Source of the DNA: a virus
Length of the DNA: 40,823 bases
Strand: one strand, 5' to 3'
IMG/VR virus record: IMGVR_UViG_3300045988_137387
Below are positions 17,327-25,035 of the stretch, in pieces (position 1 is the stretch's first letter; each line of letters opens with the position of its first letter). The notes beneath the pieces are model-generated. The model was not told the origin of the DNA. It worked only from the letters and a program-made list of their open reading frames with translations, and made no database searches. The position numbers were made by a program, and so were the translations under genes.

Positions 17327-18247
17327 TTATGCCGGGGTGATCTCGAACCAGCCTTGGGTCTTGGGGTTGTCGCCCTCTGCGGGCTCCATCTTGACATAGC
17401 CGACGCCGGACTTGGCATAATAGCTCTTATCCTTGTTCACGGCGGTGTCGGTGGAGGCGACTGCAGTGCCGGTGATGATGCCGACGGCCTTGGTGGCGTC
17501 GGTCATGGCAGCGACGTAGTACTTGCGGCTGTAGATGGTGTTGCGGCGGATGTTCTCCTCGCGCTGCTGCTCCACCTCGGTGCCTTTCTTGTTGAAGAGA
17601 GTGACGGCCTTCTTGGTGGCGATGACCACCTTGCCGCTGGCGGCATCCTTCTTGGTGTAGAGGTTGATGCCGCCCACCGTGCCGATGTAGCCCTGCTTGG
17701 CGAAGGACTCCACATACTTCAGGTCATCCTTGAGGGCCTTGCGCAGCTTTGCCATCTCGGCAGGGTTGACGAAGCCGAAGATGCTCACGCCTTCCAGATC
17801 CTCGAGGTTCAGCATGGCAGCGGCGTCCACGAAGGCGTCGAAGCCCAGCGCAGGGGTCACGAGGGTAAGAGTAGCATCATTGAACGCGGTGTAGATGTCG
17901 GCGTTCTGGGTGTTGAACAGGTCAACGCCTGCATGGCGGGTGCCAGTGGTGACGACCATCGGGTCGGTCATGGCATCCTCGTCGAAATAGGAAAAGCGGT
18001 TCTGCGCCAGCAGGATCTTGTAACTCTTCTCGGTGAAGTCGGCCTCGATGGTCTTGGTGTTGCCCTCGCCCTTGGTCAGCTTCTCGGTGCCGTCGGTGGC
18101 CTTGTAGACGTGGACCTTGTAGTCCATGCCTGCCGTGCCGGTCAGGGAGTTATCGACGGTGCAGAACTGCACAAGGTCGAGGTGGGAGTTGTACTGGTCT
18201 TCGATCTCGTTGGCGAGAAAGAAATTGTCGTAGGTTTTGTTGGGCAT
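17327..18247 (-). CDS. Major capsid protein
   Basis: 306 aa, following the scaffold gene. N-terminus NKTYDNFFLANEIEDQY. The size fits the approximately 300-aa major capsid family found in Bacillota phages. Confidence 0.8.
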   Translation of the reverse strand: MPNKTYDNFFLANEIEDQYNSHLDLVQFCTVDNSLTGTAGMDYKVHVYKATDGTEKLTKGEGNTKTIEADFTEKSYKILLAQNRFSYFDEDAMTDPMVVTTGTRHAGVDLFNTQNADIYTAFNDATLTLVTPALGFDAFVDAAAMLNLEDLEGVSIFGFVNPAEMAKLRKALKDDLKYVESFAKQGYIGTVGGINLYTKKDAASGKVVIATKKAVTLFNKKGTEVEQQREENIRRNTIYSRKYYVAAMTDATKAVGIITGTAVASTDTAVNKDKSYYAKSGVGYVKMEPAEGDNPKTQGWFEITPA

Positions 18248-18882
18248 CAGGTAACACCTCCGTTGTAAAGAGCCCGGTACTCCTCAGGATGGTTGAGGGA
18301 GTAGGTGTGTCGTTCGGTGGCGCTCATGCCGCGCAGACGCTCAAGGGTCATGCCGTTGATGCCGGGAGGGTCACCCTTCTCGGCGGGCTTTGCACCCTTG
18401 AAGCCGCCCGCAGCAGCTTTCTCGAAGAGGAACGCCGTCTCTTCGTTCTCGGCCAGCTTCTTGACCTCGTCCGCAAGGCCCTTCACGGTGCCGTCGTCGG
18501 TCAGCTCTGCCTTGCTGATAAAGTCAGCCAGCAGGGCCTTGGCGGCGGTGTTGTTCTTGGCCTTGGCACCGGTCAGCGCCAGTTCCACGGCGTTGCTGAT
18601 CTTCAGCGCCTTGAGCTGGGCGGCATAGTCGGCGTCTTTCTGCTTGTTGTCGGCCTGAAGCTGGGTGATCTGGGCCTGAAGGGCAGCGGCGTCCACCTTT
18701 TTCAGCTCTTCCAGCTGCTTGTCCCGCTCGGAGAGGGCAGTGCGCGCAGCTTTCAGCTCGGTGTTGACCTCATTGAAACGGCTCTTGGTCACGAAATCGC
18801 CGTTCAGGCCGTCCATGACCTTGTCTGTCTGCTCTTCGGTCAGACCCATTGCCAGCAGGTCTTCTTTCTTCATATCATTCAC
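18247..18882 (-). CDS. Scaffolding protein (GP20-like)
   Basis: 211 aa, helical and charged. FVTKSRFNEVNTELKAAR...LQAQITQLQADNKQKDADYAAQLKALK matches the phage scaffold pattern. Confidence 0.75.
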   Translation of the reverse strand: MNDMKKEDLLAMGLTEEQTDKVMDGLNGDFVTKSRFNEVNTELKAARTALSERDKQLEELKKVDAAALQAQITQLQADNKQKDADYAAQLKALKISNAVELALTGAKAKNNTAAKALLADFISKAELTDDGTVKGLADEVKKLAENEETAFLFEKAAAGGFKGAKPAEKGDPPGINGMTLERLRGMSATERHTYSLNHPEEYRALYNGGVT

Positions 18883-18965
18883 CTCGTTTGTTGAGTCCTG
18901 TGTTTACCGTGGGTAGGAGCCACGACTTGCCCCGCTACGTTTACCGTCTGTGGCGAGAAAGACGA

Positions 18966-19039
18966 TGGTGCCGCTTGCAGGAATCGAACCCGCGTCCGCT
19001 GATTACAAATCAGCAGCTCTGCCATTGAGCGAAAACGGC
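18966..19039 (-). tRNA. tRNA-Thr (anticodon UGU), phage-encoded
   Basis: The reverse complement folds canonically. Acceptor GCCGTTT/AAGCGGC; D arm GCTC-AATGGCA-GAGC; anticodon arm GCTGA-TTTGTAA-TCAGC; T arm GCGGG-TTCGATT-CCTGC; then A and CCA. 74 nt. Confidence 0.85.
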
Positions 19040-19041
19040 AT

Positions 19042-19073
19042 GAAAAAAGCGCCCTCGCCCGGAGGCAAAGACG
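19042..19073 (-). terminator. Possible weak intrinsic terminator upstream of the tRNA
   Basis: Minus strand reads GCGTCTTTGCCTCCGGGCGAGGGCGCTTTTTT. The stem is imperfect (one bulge) and a T6 tract follows. Confidence 0.35.
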
Positions 19074-19083
19074 CTTGCATGAT

Positions 19084-19224
19084 TCAGTTTTTCTTGCGAA
19101 CGAGCGATTTCAGCCACTCTTTCAAGTCAGAGAATGTCTTGAAAAGAATGGAGACCGTAATGACCAGCGCTGCGAAGGTCCAGCAGTACGCAAAGAAATA
19201 GAAAACGACAGGATGCAGCGCCAT
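19084..19224 (-). CDS. Small single-TM peptide (46 aa from the ATG; 54 aa if initiation is at ATA 19248)
   Basis: Manual translation: MALHPVVFYFFAYCWTFAALVITVSILFKTFSDLKEWLKSLVRKKN. A perfect AGGAGG (19254-19259) lies 5 nt before an in-frame ATA and 29 nt before the ATG. Confidence 0.4.
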   Translation of the reverse strand: MALHPVVFYFFAYCWTFAALVITVSILFKTFSDLKEWLKSLVRKKN

Positions 19225-19309
19225 GAGCCAGAATGTGAAAAGTTTTATGTTGTCCTCCTAAAAATGGGCAAAAGAAAACCACGGTGCGGTGTGCATCGTG
19301 GTGAATGAA

Positions 19310-19522
19310 TTATTCAATGCGGGGCGGCAGCTGGCCGATTCTCTTCAACGTGTCATAGTAGTTGCGGGAAAGCGACTGCTGAAGGACTGCAACGTCAAAT
19401 CCATCATATAAAGAGTCGCAAATGTCATCGTATTTGTGATCGATGGGATGCTCCGTCAACCATTTCTGCATTTTGGAGACCTCGGACTCTGAGTATGCCT
19501 CAGCGGTAGAATTTAATGCCAT
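19310..19522 (-). CDS. Hypothetical small acidic protein (70 aa; alternative start at 19471)
   Basis: The ORF overlaps the MuF stop by 23 nt. An alternative ATG at 19471 sits behind GAGG. Composition looks like real protein. Confidence 0.5.
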   Translation of the reverse strand: MALNSTAEAYSESEVSKMQKWLTEHPIDHKYDDICDSLYDGFDVAVLQQSLSRNYYDTLKRIGQLPPRIE

Positions 19523-21116
19523 GTGCTTCCAACTCCTTCAGGCTGCTCTCGACCAGCCCTGCCGCTCTGGTGAGTAAATCGGCGTCTGAGAGCTTTTTGC
19601 GCGGTGTATCAGCCATCACCAAAATCTGCTCATACAGCATTTTGATGATTTTATCAGCAGCGGCAAAATCGTAGGCCGAGGTCTTTTCAATCGCAAAAAT
19701 ATGACCGCTATGCCCAAGGGCGGTCATAAGTTTCAGATTCTCGTTTTTGATAAAACTTTTTAAGTCACCGTGCGAGAAAATGCCACTTGCCGGGTGCGTA
19801 TGTATGACGATATACGGGGTATCAAAGTTGGGCAGCTTAACAGAGTGTCCCTCTGCGTTGCCGGTAATATTACCAGTTAGCGGCTGCATATCCAAATCGA
19901 ACACTCTGCCAACCTCGACGCCGAGGGGCTGCTTGGACGCTTCCATCAGCAGCCGTTTGTGCGCATTTTGGAGCTGGCGCTGTTTGGCAGCGTCCAGAGT
20001 GTCGCAGTTAAAAGCTTTGACTTTTGCTATTGCCTGCATTGTAACAGGTTCCGGCTCGAGATTCAAGCTCTGGAAGGTGGAAACATCGGTTTTCTGTCTA
20101 CCCTTCCACTCCAGCCACTTCGTTCCCGCAGGCACATAATACTTTTCGCCATCCTCCCCGCGTGCAATGCGCAGTCCGTCGGCGAAGTCCTCCGGGATGA
20201 CGGGTGCGGTGGTGCAGCGGCAGCGGGGATGGAAAGGCGGCACGGTGACGCCCGGCTCATACTGGGCAAGAGGTATCTCTTTGCCGTCCAGCTGGCCGCA
20301 GATGCTGCAGGTGCTGCCGTCTAGAGTGCCGATGATCTCCACCTTCTCGACGCCCAAGTCCTTGAAGCCCTGCTTCTCGGCGAGGGCTCTGTAGTAGGCC
20401 GTCTCGGTGTAAACCAACCGCCCTGCCTTGTAGCGGTCAACGTCGAACTGTTTGGCGATAGCGTCGGTGAGCTGGGCCGGGGAGTCGCCCCGCAGCAGAC
20501 CCTGCGTCAGGCCCTTATGGACGGCCTGCACGAGGGCGTTCTTATTCGTCCAGCAGCGGTCGCGGAATGTGCGGTCGTCCGTCGTCCATGCCTTGGAGGT
20601 AAGGGCGTCCAGCTGGGTCTTGTCGAGGGAGACGGTTTTGAACTTCACGTCGAGGCCCTTGGTGGTTTCTCTCAGGGCGCCGGTGTAGGCGTCGGCTGCC
20701 GCCCGGCGTACAGCCTCTGTGAGCTGTGTTTCCTGCCCGGCATACAGTTCCTCTATCTGCTGGCGAATCTGCGTCTCCACGGCTTCCAGCCGGGAAATGT
20801 GGACTCTGGCGGAGGCGTTGCGCAGCTGGCGCTGCCACGTTTCATCCAGTCCGGCCTTCTGGGCTGTCTCTATGTACTTCGCCACGTCCCAGCGGAACTC
20901 TTCAAGCTCCTTCGTGCTCAGCAGACGCCGGGACTCGATGAGAGAAACACCGTTGTCGTCAGCGAAGCGGGCGCACCAGCTGTCCAGCTTTTTGCGGGTC
21001 TGGTACAGAGCCTGCCGGTACAGCGCTTCTATTTCCCGGAGTGCAGCCTGTGCGGTCTTGTAGGTGCTGCGTTCCAGCAGGGAGAAGCGCCCCCGCCAGT
21101 ATTCAGAGTTCTTCAC
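19500..21116 (-). CDS. Head morphogenesis protein (MuF / SPP1 gp7 family) with a C-terminal extension of about 190 aa
   Basis: The MuF hallmark PPFHPRCRCTTAPV is at aa 293-306. An extra domain spans aa 345-538 and contains E401 and H439-T-H-P-x5-S-x2-D451. Confidence 0.8.
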   Translation of the reverse strand: MKNSEYWRGRFSLLERSTYKTAQAALREIEALYRQALYQTRKKLDSWCARFADDNGVSLIESRRLLSTKELEEFRWDVAKYIETAQKAGLDETWQRQLRNASARVHISRLEAVETQIRQQIEELYAGQETQLTEAVRRAAADAYTGALRETTKGLDVKFKTVSLDKTQLDALTSKAWTTDDRTFRDRCWTNKNALVQAVHKGLTQGLLRGDSPAQLTDAIAKQFDVDRYKAGRLVYTETAYYRALAEKQGFKDLGVEKVEIIGTLDGSTCSICGQLDGKEIPLAQYEPGVTVPPFHPRCRCTTAPVIPEDFADGLRIARGEDGEKYYVPAGTKWLEWKGRQKTDVSTFQSLNLEPEPVTMQAIAKVKAFNCDTLDAAKQRQLQNAHKRLLMEASKQPLGVEVGRVFDLDMQPLTGNITGNAEGHSVKLPNFDTPYIVIHTHPASGIFSHGDLKSFIKNENLKLMTALGHSGHIFAIEKTSAYDFAAADKIIKMLYEQILVMADTPRKKLSDADLLTRAAGLVESSLKELEAHGIKFYR

Positions 21117-21134
21117 GGCGGGTCACGCTCCCTG

Positions 21135-22580
21135 TTATGTATTGAAGGTAGTGGGTGTATAGCTGTCCTGAGCCTGTGCGGCCTTTTCTTCCGCCAGACG
21201 GGCAAGCTCGGTCTGGGCGTCCGTTACCCACGGATGCTGCTCAACGATGGTCCGGTTGGAGAGCAGCCCCACCGAGTTGCGGCAGTTGGTGATGCTCTCC
21301 GTCTCGTTGATGAGCATATCGCGGTTGAACACGATGGTGACAGGGACATCCTCGAAATCGCCCTTGCCCCGGTTGACGAGGTCTTTGTTGATGAACCAGA
21401 GCAGGTCTTCGAAGGCGGCCTGAAATTCGGTCTCCATGCCGTTTGCATCGAGGTCGATGTCAGCGTACATACTCTGGATGTTCATCTGGTTGGGATTACC
21501 GGAGAGACGGTCATCCTTGGCGTCGTAGCTCTTGGCGTTCTCGATGAGGGCCTTTTTCAGCAGGTCGAGGATGGCTTTGTAGTTGTCGGAGTTGACCTCG
21601 ACGGTCAGTTTTTCCACGCCGCCATCATCCCGCACCTTGACCGCGCCGTAGGCCGAAAGGTTTTCCCGGAACTTCCCCAGGTCCTCACCGTCGTAGTTGC
21701 GCAGGATGAGGATGGTGTTCCGGGCATCCTCCTGCATATTGTTCGTGAAGTCGGAGAGCAGGGTGTTGATGGCGTCCTGCAGGCACTTGACCCGCTGGAT
21801 GAGCGGGAGCTCCTGCTTGTTGTACTTGAAGGGGATGAGCGGGATGCGCTCCCAGTTATAGCCGGTGTCAGGCCCATCCGGCCCGGGACCGGTAAAATAT
21901 GTTTCGTACTCTCCGGCAACAGTGTCCGGCAGCAGCATATCGTTCTGAAAGATGTAGCGGTGGATGCCGTCCTTTCTGAACAACTCCACCTTTTCGACGG
22001 TCTCTTTTGTGTAGCCGTTCCAGACCTCCTGCGTGTAGAGCCGGGCGGCGCAGTCCAGCCGGGTATGGTCATCGTCAGCCCAGAAGGGCAGCACCTCGTA
22101 TCCGGAAAAGCGCTTGAATGCCAGATGGCCGTCTTCGCCATAGTAGGGGTAAAGCCAGGCCAGACCGTTGTTCAGTGCGTCTTCGGCCAGATATTTCAGC
22201 TGCCGGAAGAAGCCGCGGTTGAAGTATCCCGCCAGCAGGTCGGAATAGGTCTGGTCTTCGCAGCTCACCGTGAAAGGCTTGCCCACAAAGTAATTCACCT
22301 TCTGGTCAACGGCCTTCGCATACTGGTTGTCGATGAGCTTGTTGTTGGGCAGATTCTTCACCGGCACAAGATTGCCGTCCCGCCCGATGGCCATCCGCTG
22401 GCGATTCAGGATCTCATGCCGGCCCTCGTAGTAGTCGGAGCCTTTTATCTGCGTCCTGCGCTTTGGGCTGGCTTTCCATTCTTTGATTTCCGCGGCAAAC
22501 TGATTCTCTGTCATGCAGGTGGCACGCTGGACGATGAGACGGTTGATCTTCTCCATCACGCCGTTCACGATAAGATTCAT
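21135..22580 (-). CDS. Portal protein (SPP1 gp6-like)
   Basis: 481 aa, between terL and MuF. Size and order are canonical. Confidence 0.8.
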   Translation of the reverse strand: MNLIVNGVMEKINRLIVQRATCMTENQFAAEIKEWKASPKRRTQIKGSDYYEGRHEILNRQRMAIGRDGNLVPVKNLPNNKLIDNQYAKAVDQKVNYFVGKPFTVSCEDQTYSDLLAGYFNRGFFRQLKYLAEDALNNGLAWLYPYYGEDGHLAFKRFSGYEVLPFWADDDHTRLDCAARLYTQEVWNGYTKETVEKVELFRKDGIHRYIFQNDMLLPDTVAGEYETYFTGPGPDGPDTGYNWERIPLIPFKYNKQELPLIQRVKCLQDAINTLLSDFTNNMQEDARNTILILRNYDGEDLGKFRENLSAYGAVKVRDDGGVEKLTVEVNSDNYKAILDLLKKALIENAKSYDAKDDRLSGNPNQMNIQSMYADIDLDANGMETEFQAAFEDLLWFINKDLVNRGKGDFEDVPVTIVFNRDMLINETESITNCRNSVGLLSNRTIVEQHPWVTDAQTELARLAEEKAAQAQDSYTPTTFNT

Positions 22581-22591
22581 AGATGTACCTC

Positions 22592-23863
22592 TCAGTCAAA
22601 GCTGTATGTCGGTCCGCACTGGATGTCCTCCATCGCGTATCGCATGGCGTCCATCAGGTGGTTGAAGTCGTCGATGGGTTTTCCGGTCTTGTTGCCGAAC
22701 TTATCCTTGGCCCATGTGTAGTTTGAAATTTCGGTCAGGAAATTCACGCAGCGGGGATGTACCACAATACGGAAGTTCTGGATGTACTGGATGCCGCTGC
22801 GGATGGAGTCTGGGCCTTTGCCCGCCGGGCGGATGCGGCGAAGACCCTCTTCCCGCAGCTCATCGAGGCTCTTCGGCTCGGCGCTGTCGCCCCGGATGCG
22901 CTCCTTGGCGTATCCCATGCCGTAAATGCGCTGGTAGATGGCCCGGTTGGTCAACCCGCGTTCATAAAGCTCATCGAACACCCAAATGGTCATCTCCTTT
23001 TCGCTCACCAGCCCGCAGAAGAATGCGGTCGGGTCGTTGGTGTAACCGAAATCAAGGCCGAATGCACTCTTGACGTCCGGCCTTGCCGCTATGATGGTCT
23101 TGTCGAAGGCTTCCTCCACCCAGTTTTCGAACACCAGACCGTCCACGATGCCCCATTCGCCCAGACCGGCGACGCTGTAGCGGCGGGGGTTCTGAACCTT
23201 CATCCGCTCAAACACCCGGCGGTCGGCATCGTCGAGCCATTCGTTGCAGGTGTAGTTCGTGGTCAGCGCCAGAGTATCGGGGTCGGGGGTGTCAAAAAAG
23301 CGGGCTTTGAGCCAGTGGTGCTCGTTCCACGGGTTGAAGGTCAGTGTGATCTGCTTGAACAGCCCCGTCTCGGGTGGGATAGCGCCACGAACAGACTCGT
23401 CTATCATGTTGAAATCGGCTTCGGAGCTGATTTCATATGCCTCCTCTATCCACGCCCAGCACAGATACCCGTGCTCGGCCGCGATGGACGTGACCTTGAG
23501 CGGGTCATCCAGACCACGGAACAGGATCTTCTGTCTAGTGGGCTTGTAGGTCAGTTCAAGGGGGCTTTCCTTCACGTCCCAGAACGCCTGCACACCGAGG
23601 CGGCTGATAGCCCATTTCAGGTCGGTGAAACAGGAGTCGTGCAGGGTGCGGTACACCTTGCGGATGACCAGCAGGTTCGCCTGCGGGTATCTCATCAGGT
23701 TGACGATGTACCACAGCGCGGTGGTCTTGGACTTCTTCGAGGCACGAGAGCCTTTGCAGACCCGATAGCGGCCTTTGAACCGCCAGAAGGTGCCGTAGCC
23801 CTGGCCGACGATGTCCGGCAGGTGGAGCTGGCTTGCGCGGGGGTCAGTCAACAAGCTGTTCAT
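22592..23863 (-). CDS. terL: Terminase large subunit (PBSX-type)
   Basis: 423 aa. It has a Walker A-like GSRASKKSKTT and a C-terminal nuclease-like region, and it follows terS. Confidence 0.85.
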   Translation of the reverse strand: MNSLLTDPRASQLHLPDIVGQGYGTFWRFKGRYRVCKGSRASKKSKTTALWYIVNLMRYPQANLLVIRKVYRTLHDSCFTDLKWAISRLGVQAFWDVKESPLELTYKPTRQKILFRGLDDPLKVTSIAAEHGYLCWAWIEEAYEISSEADFNMIDESVRGAIPPETGLFKQITLTFNPWNEHHWLKARFFDTPDPDTLALTTNYTCNEWLDDADRRVFERMKVQNPRRYSVAGLGEWGIVDGLVFENWVEEAFDKTIIAARPDVKSAFGLDFGYTNDPTAFFCGLVSEKEMTIWVFDELYERGLTNRAIYQRIYGMGYAKERIRGDSAEPKSLDELREEGLRRIRPAGKGPDSIRSGIQYIQNFRIVVHPRCVNFLTEISNYTWAKDKFGNKTGKPIDDFNHLMDAMRYAMEDIQCGPTYSFD

Positions 23864-24308
23864 CGCCGGAGATCACCACCGGAATCGGCCCGCCCAGTTC
23901 TACGTTGTCCTTGAACATCCCGTAGCGCTTGCCGATGAGCTCGGCAGCTTTCAGGCGATCTCTCGCGGAGACATCGATGTCCTCGATCTCCTGCATCCCG
24001 TCGCCGCACAGCACGAGGGTCTGTTCCTTGTGCTTGCCCCGCATGACCGAGGTGAGATATTCCAGAACCTCCTGTGCGTCGGCGGTCTTTTCGGAGTGGA
24101 GCTGGGCAAGGCGGTCGTCGATGTAGGCTCTCATCTCAGGATTGAATTTGCCTGAGGGTTTTTGAGGGTTTCCTTCATTGAGCCATTTGCAGGCATTTCG
24201 AGCGGTTTTAGGCGAATACCCTGCACGGAGAGCCGCTTTGGTAGCGTCGCTGTCCACAAGGTATTCGTCACAAAAGCGCTTCTGTCGGTCGTTCAAAGTA
24301 TCCACCAC
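23844..24308 (-). CDS. terS: Terminase small subunit
   Basis: 154 aa. RQKRFCDEYLVDSDATKAALRAGYSPKTARNACKWL is the small-terminase HTH signature. The start is GTG, either the first or the second GTG, behind GGAGAG. Confidence 0.85.
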   Translation of the reverse strand: MVDTLNDRQKRFCDEYLVDSDATKAALRAGYSPKTARNACKWLNEGNPQKPSGKFNPEMRAYIDDRLAQLHSEKTADAQEVLEYLTSVMRGKHKEQTLVLCGDGMQEIEDIDVSARDRLKAAELIGKRYGMFKDNVELGGPIPVVISGDEQLVD

Positions 24309-24324
24309 CTCTCCTGCACAAAAA

Positions 24325-24397
24325 TGGAGCAGCCGGGAGGGGGCGGCCCTCCGTCCGTCTGGTCACGCCAGCGCTCTCGCGGCTGAGCTACGGCTGC
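24325..24397 (-). ncRNA. Degenerate tRNA-like cloverleaf (not a decodable tRNA)
   Basis: Reverse complement: GCAGCCG TA GCTC AGCCGCGA GAGC G CTGG-CGTGA-CCAG ACGGAC GGAGG-GCCGCCC-CCTCC CGGCTGC T CCA. The 7-bp acceptor is perfect, the D arm is canonical (TAGCTCAG..GAGC), and the T stem is 5 bp. The anticodon-type loop has only 5 nt, and the T loop lacks TTC. Confidence 0.45.
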
Positions 24398-24399
24398 AT

Positions 24400-24428
24400 A
24401 AAAAATCCCCGCACATTTCTGTGCAGGG
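24400..24428 (-). terminator. Intrinsic terminator between the early and late operons
   Basis: Minus strand: CCCTGCACA-GAAA-TGTGCGGGG (9 bp including one G-U pair, GNRA loop), followed by ATTTTTTAT. Confidence 0.75.
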
Positions 24429-24630
24429 AAGAAAGTCCTTGAAGCAGCCTCAGAAAGCTCAAGAAGGAGAAAAATGCCTGTCAAGCAGCAAAAAGTCCAA
24501 AGGAGCAATTCATCATGATGGAGGAAAAGTTTCGGAGGCTGCGTGTATCGGTGGGCCTTTCCGGCTCTGCCGATGGTATCATTTTACACCGGAAGAGAGT
24601 GAACGCACAATGAACGGATACTGCACAGTT

Positions 24631-25035
24631 TCAGAGTTTCAGGTGTTCAATGGCCCGGCGGCGCAGGGCGAAAATGCCACGGGAAGTGAAATTCATGTCT
24701 GCGGCTACCTGCTCCCATTTCAGGCAGTCCAGATAGTATTTGCGAAGAGCGCAGTATTCGGCGGAGTCCAGCTGCACAAGCACGGCATCGATCTCCGCAA
24801 ACAGAGCATTACAGACGGCCAGCTGTGCGTAGGCACGGCGTTCGGCTTCTTCTTCACGCTCCACTGCCCGGGCGAGGCTCTGCCCATCCTTGCTGCCGCC
24901 CGGCGCAGCGCTGAGGTTCTGGGTGATGTGCCGGGTGGCTTCCTGCGCCTCTGCCAGCCGGTAGGAGAGCCGCTGGTAGAGCTTTTCGGCTTCCCGATAG
25001 CGGGAGAGCCAGCTTATCTTTTCCTCGTAGGTCAT
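24631..25035 (-). CDS. Late-gene transcriptional regulator, sigma-70 region-4-like (ArpU/RinA/DUF1492-like)
   Basis: Start moved to the ATG at 25035, which forms an ATGA overlap with the rusA stop. The C-terminus LDSAEYCALRKYYLDCLKWEQVAADMNFTSRGIFALRRRAIEHLKL resembles sigma region 4. It is the last early gene before terS. Confidence 0.6.
   Translation of the reverse strand: MTYEEKISWLSRYREAEKLYQRLSYRLAEAQEATRHITQNLSAAPGGSKDGQSLARAVEREEEAERRAYAQLAVCNALFAEIDAVLVQLDSAEYCALRKYYLDCLKWEQVAADMNFTSRGIFALRRRAIEHLKL

Noticed and set aside
20517-22721. 734-aa plus-strand ORF, and similar long plus-strand ORFs at 25390-27990, 7035-8843, 3935-5224, 14224-15414, 22757-23914, 31393-32577 and 10659-11915
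   Set aside because: They are antisense to minus-strand genes that carry clear family signatures (portal, primase-helicase, baseplate J, sheath, terL and others). Their translations are Gly/Ala/Val/Arg/Leu-rich, low-information sequence, as expected for stop-poor antisense frames in GC-rich DNA. None has an RBS.
24293-24508. 71-aa minus-strand ORF spanning the terminator and the tRNA-like element
   Set aside because: It reads straight through a strong terminator hairpin and a structured RNA element. The translation is low complexity (PPPP, WW).
24515-24613. 32-aa plus-strand ORF with AAAGGAG 9 nt upstream, in the regulator-terS intergenic region
   Set aside because: It is very short, antisense to the direction of all neighbouring transcription, and has no supporting motif. 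The RBS-like sequence may be coincidental. It is kept only as a note.
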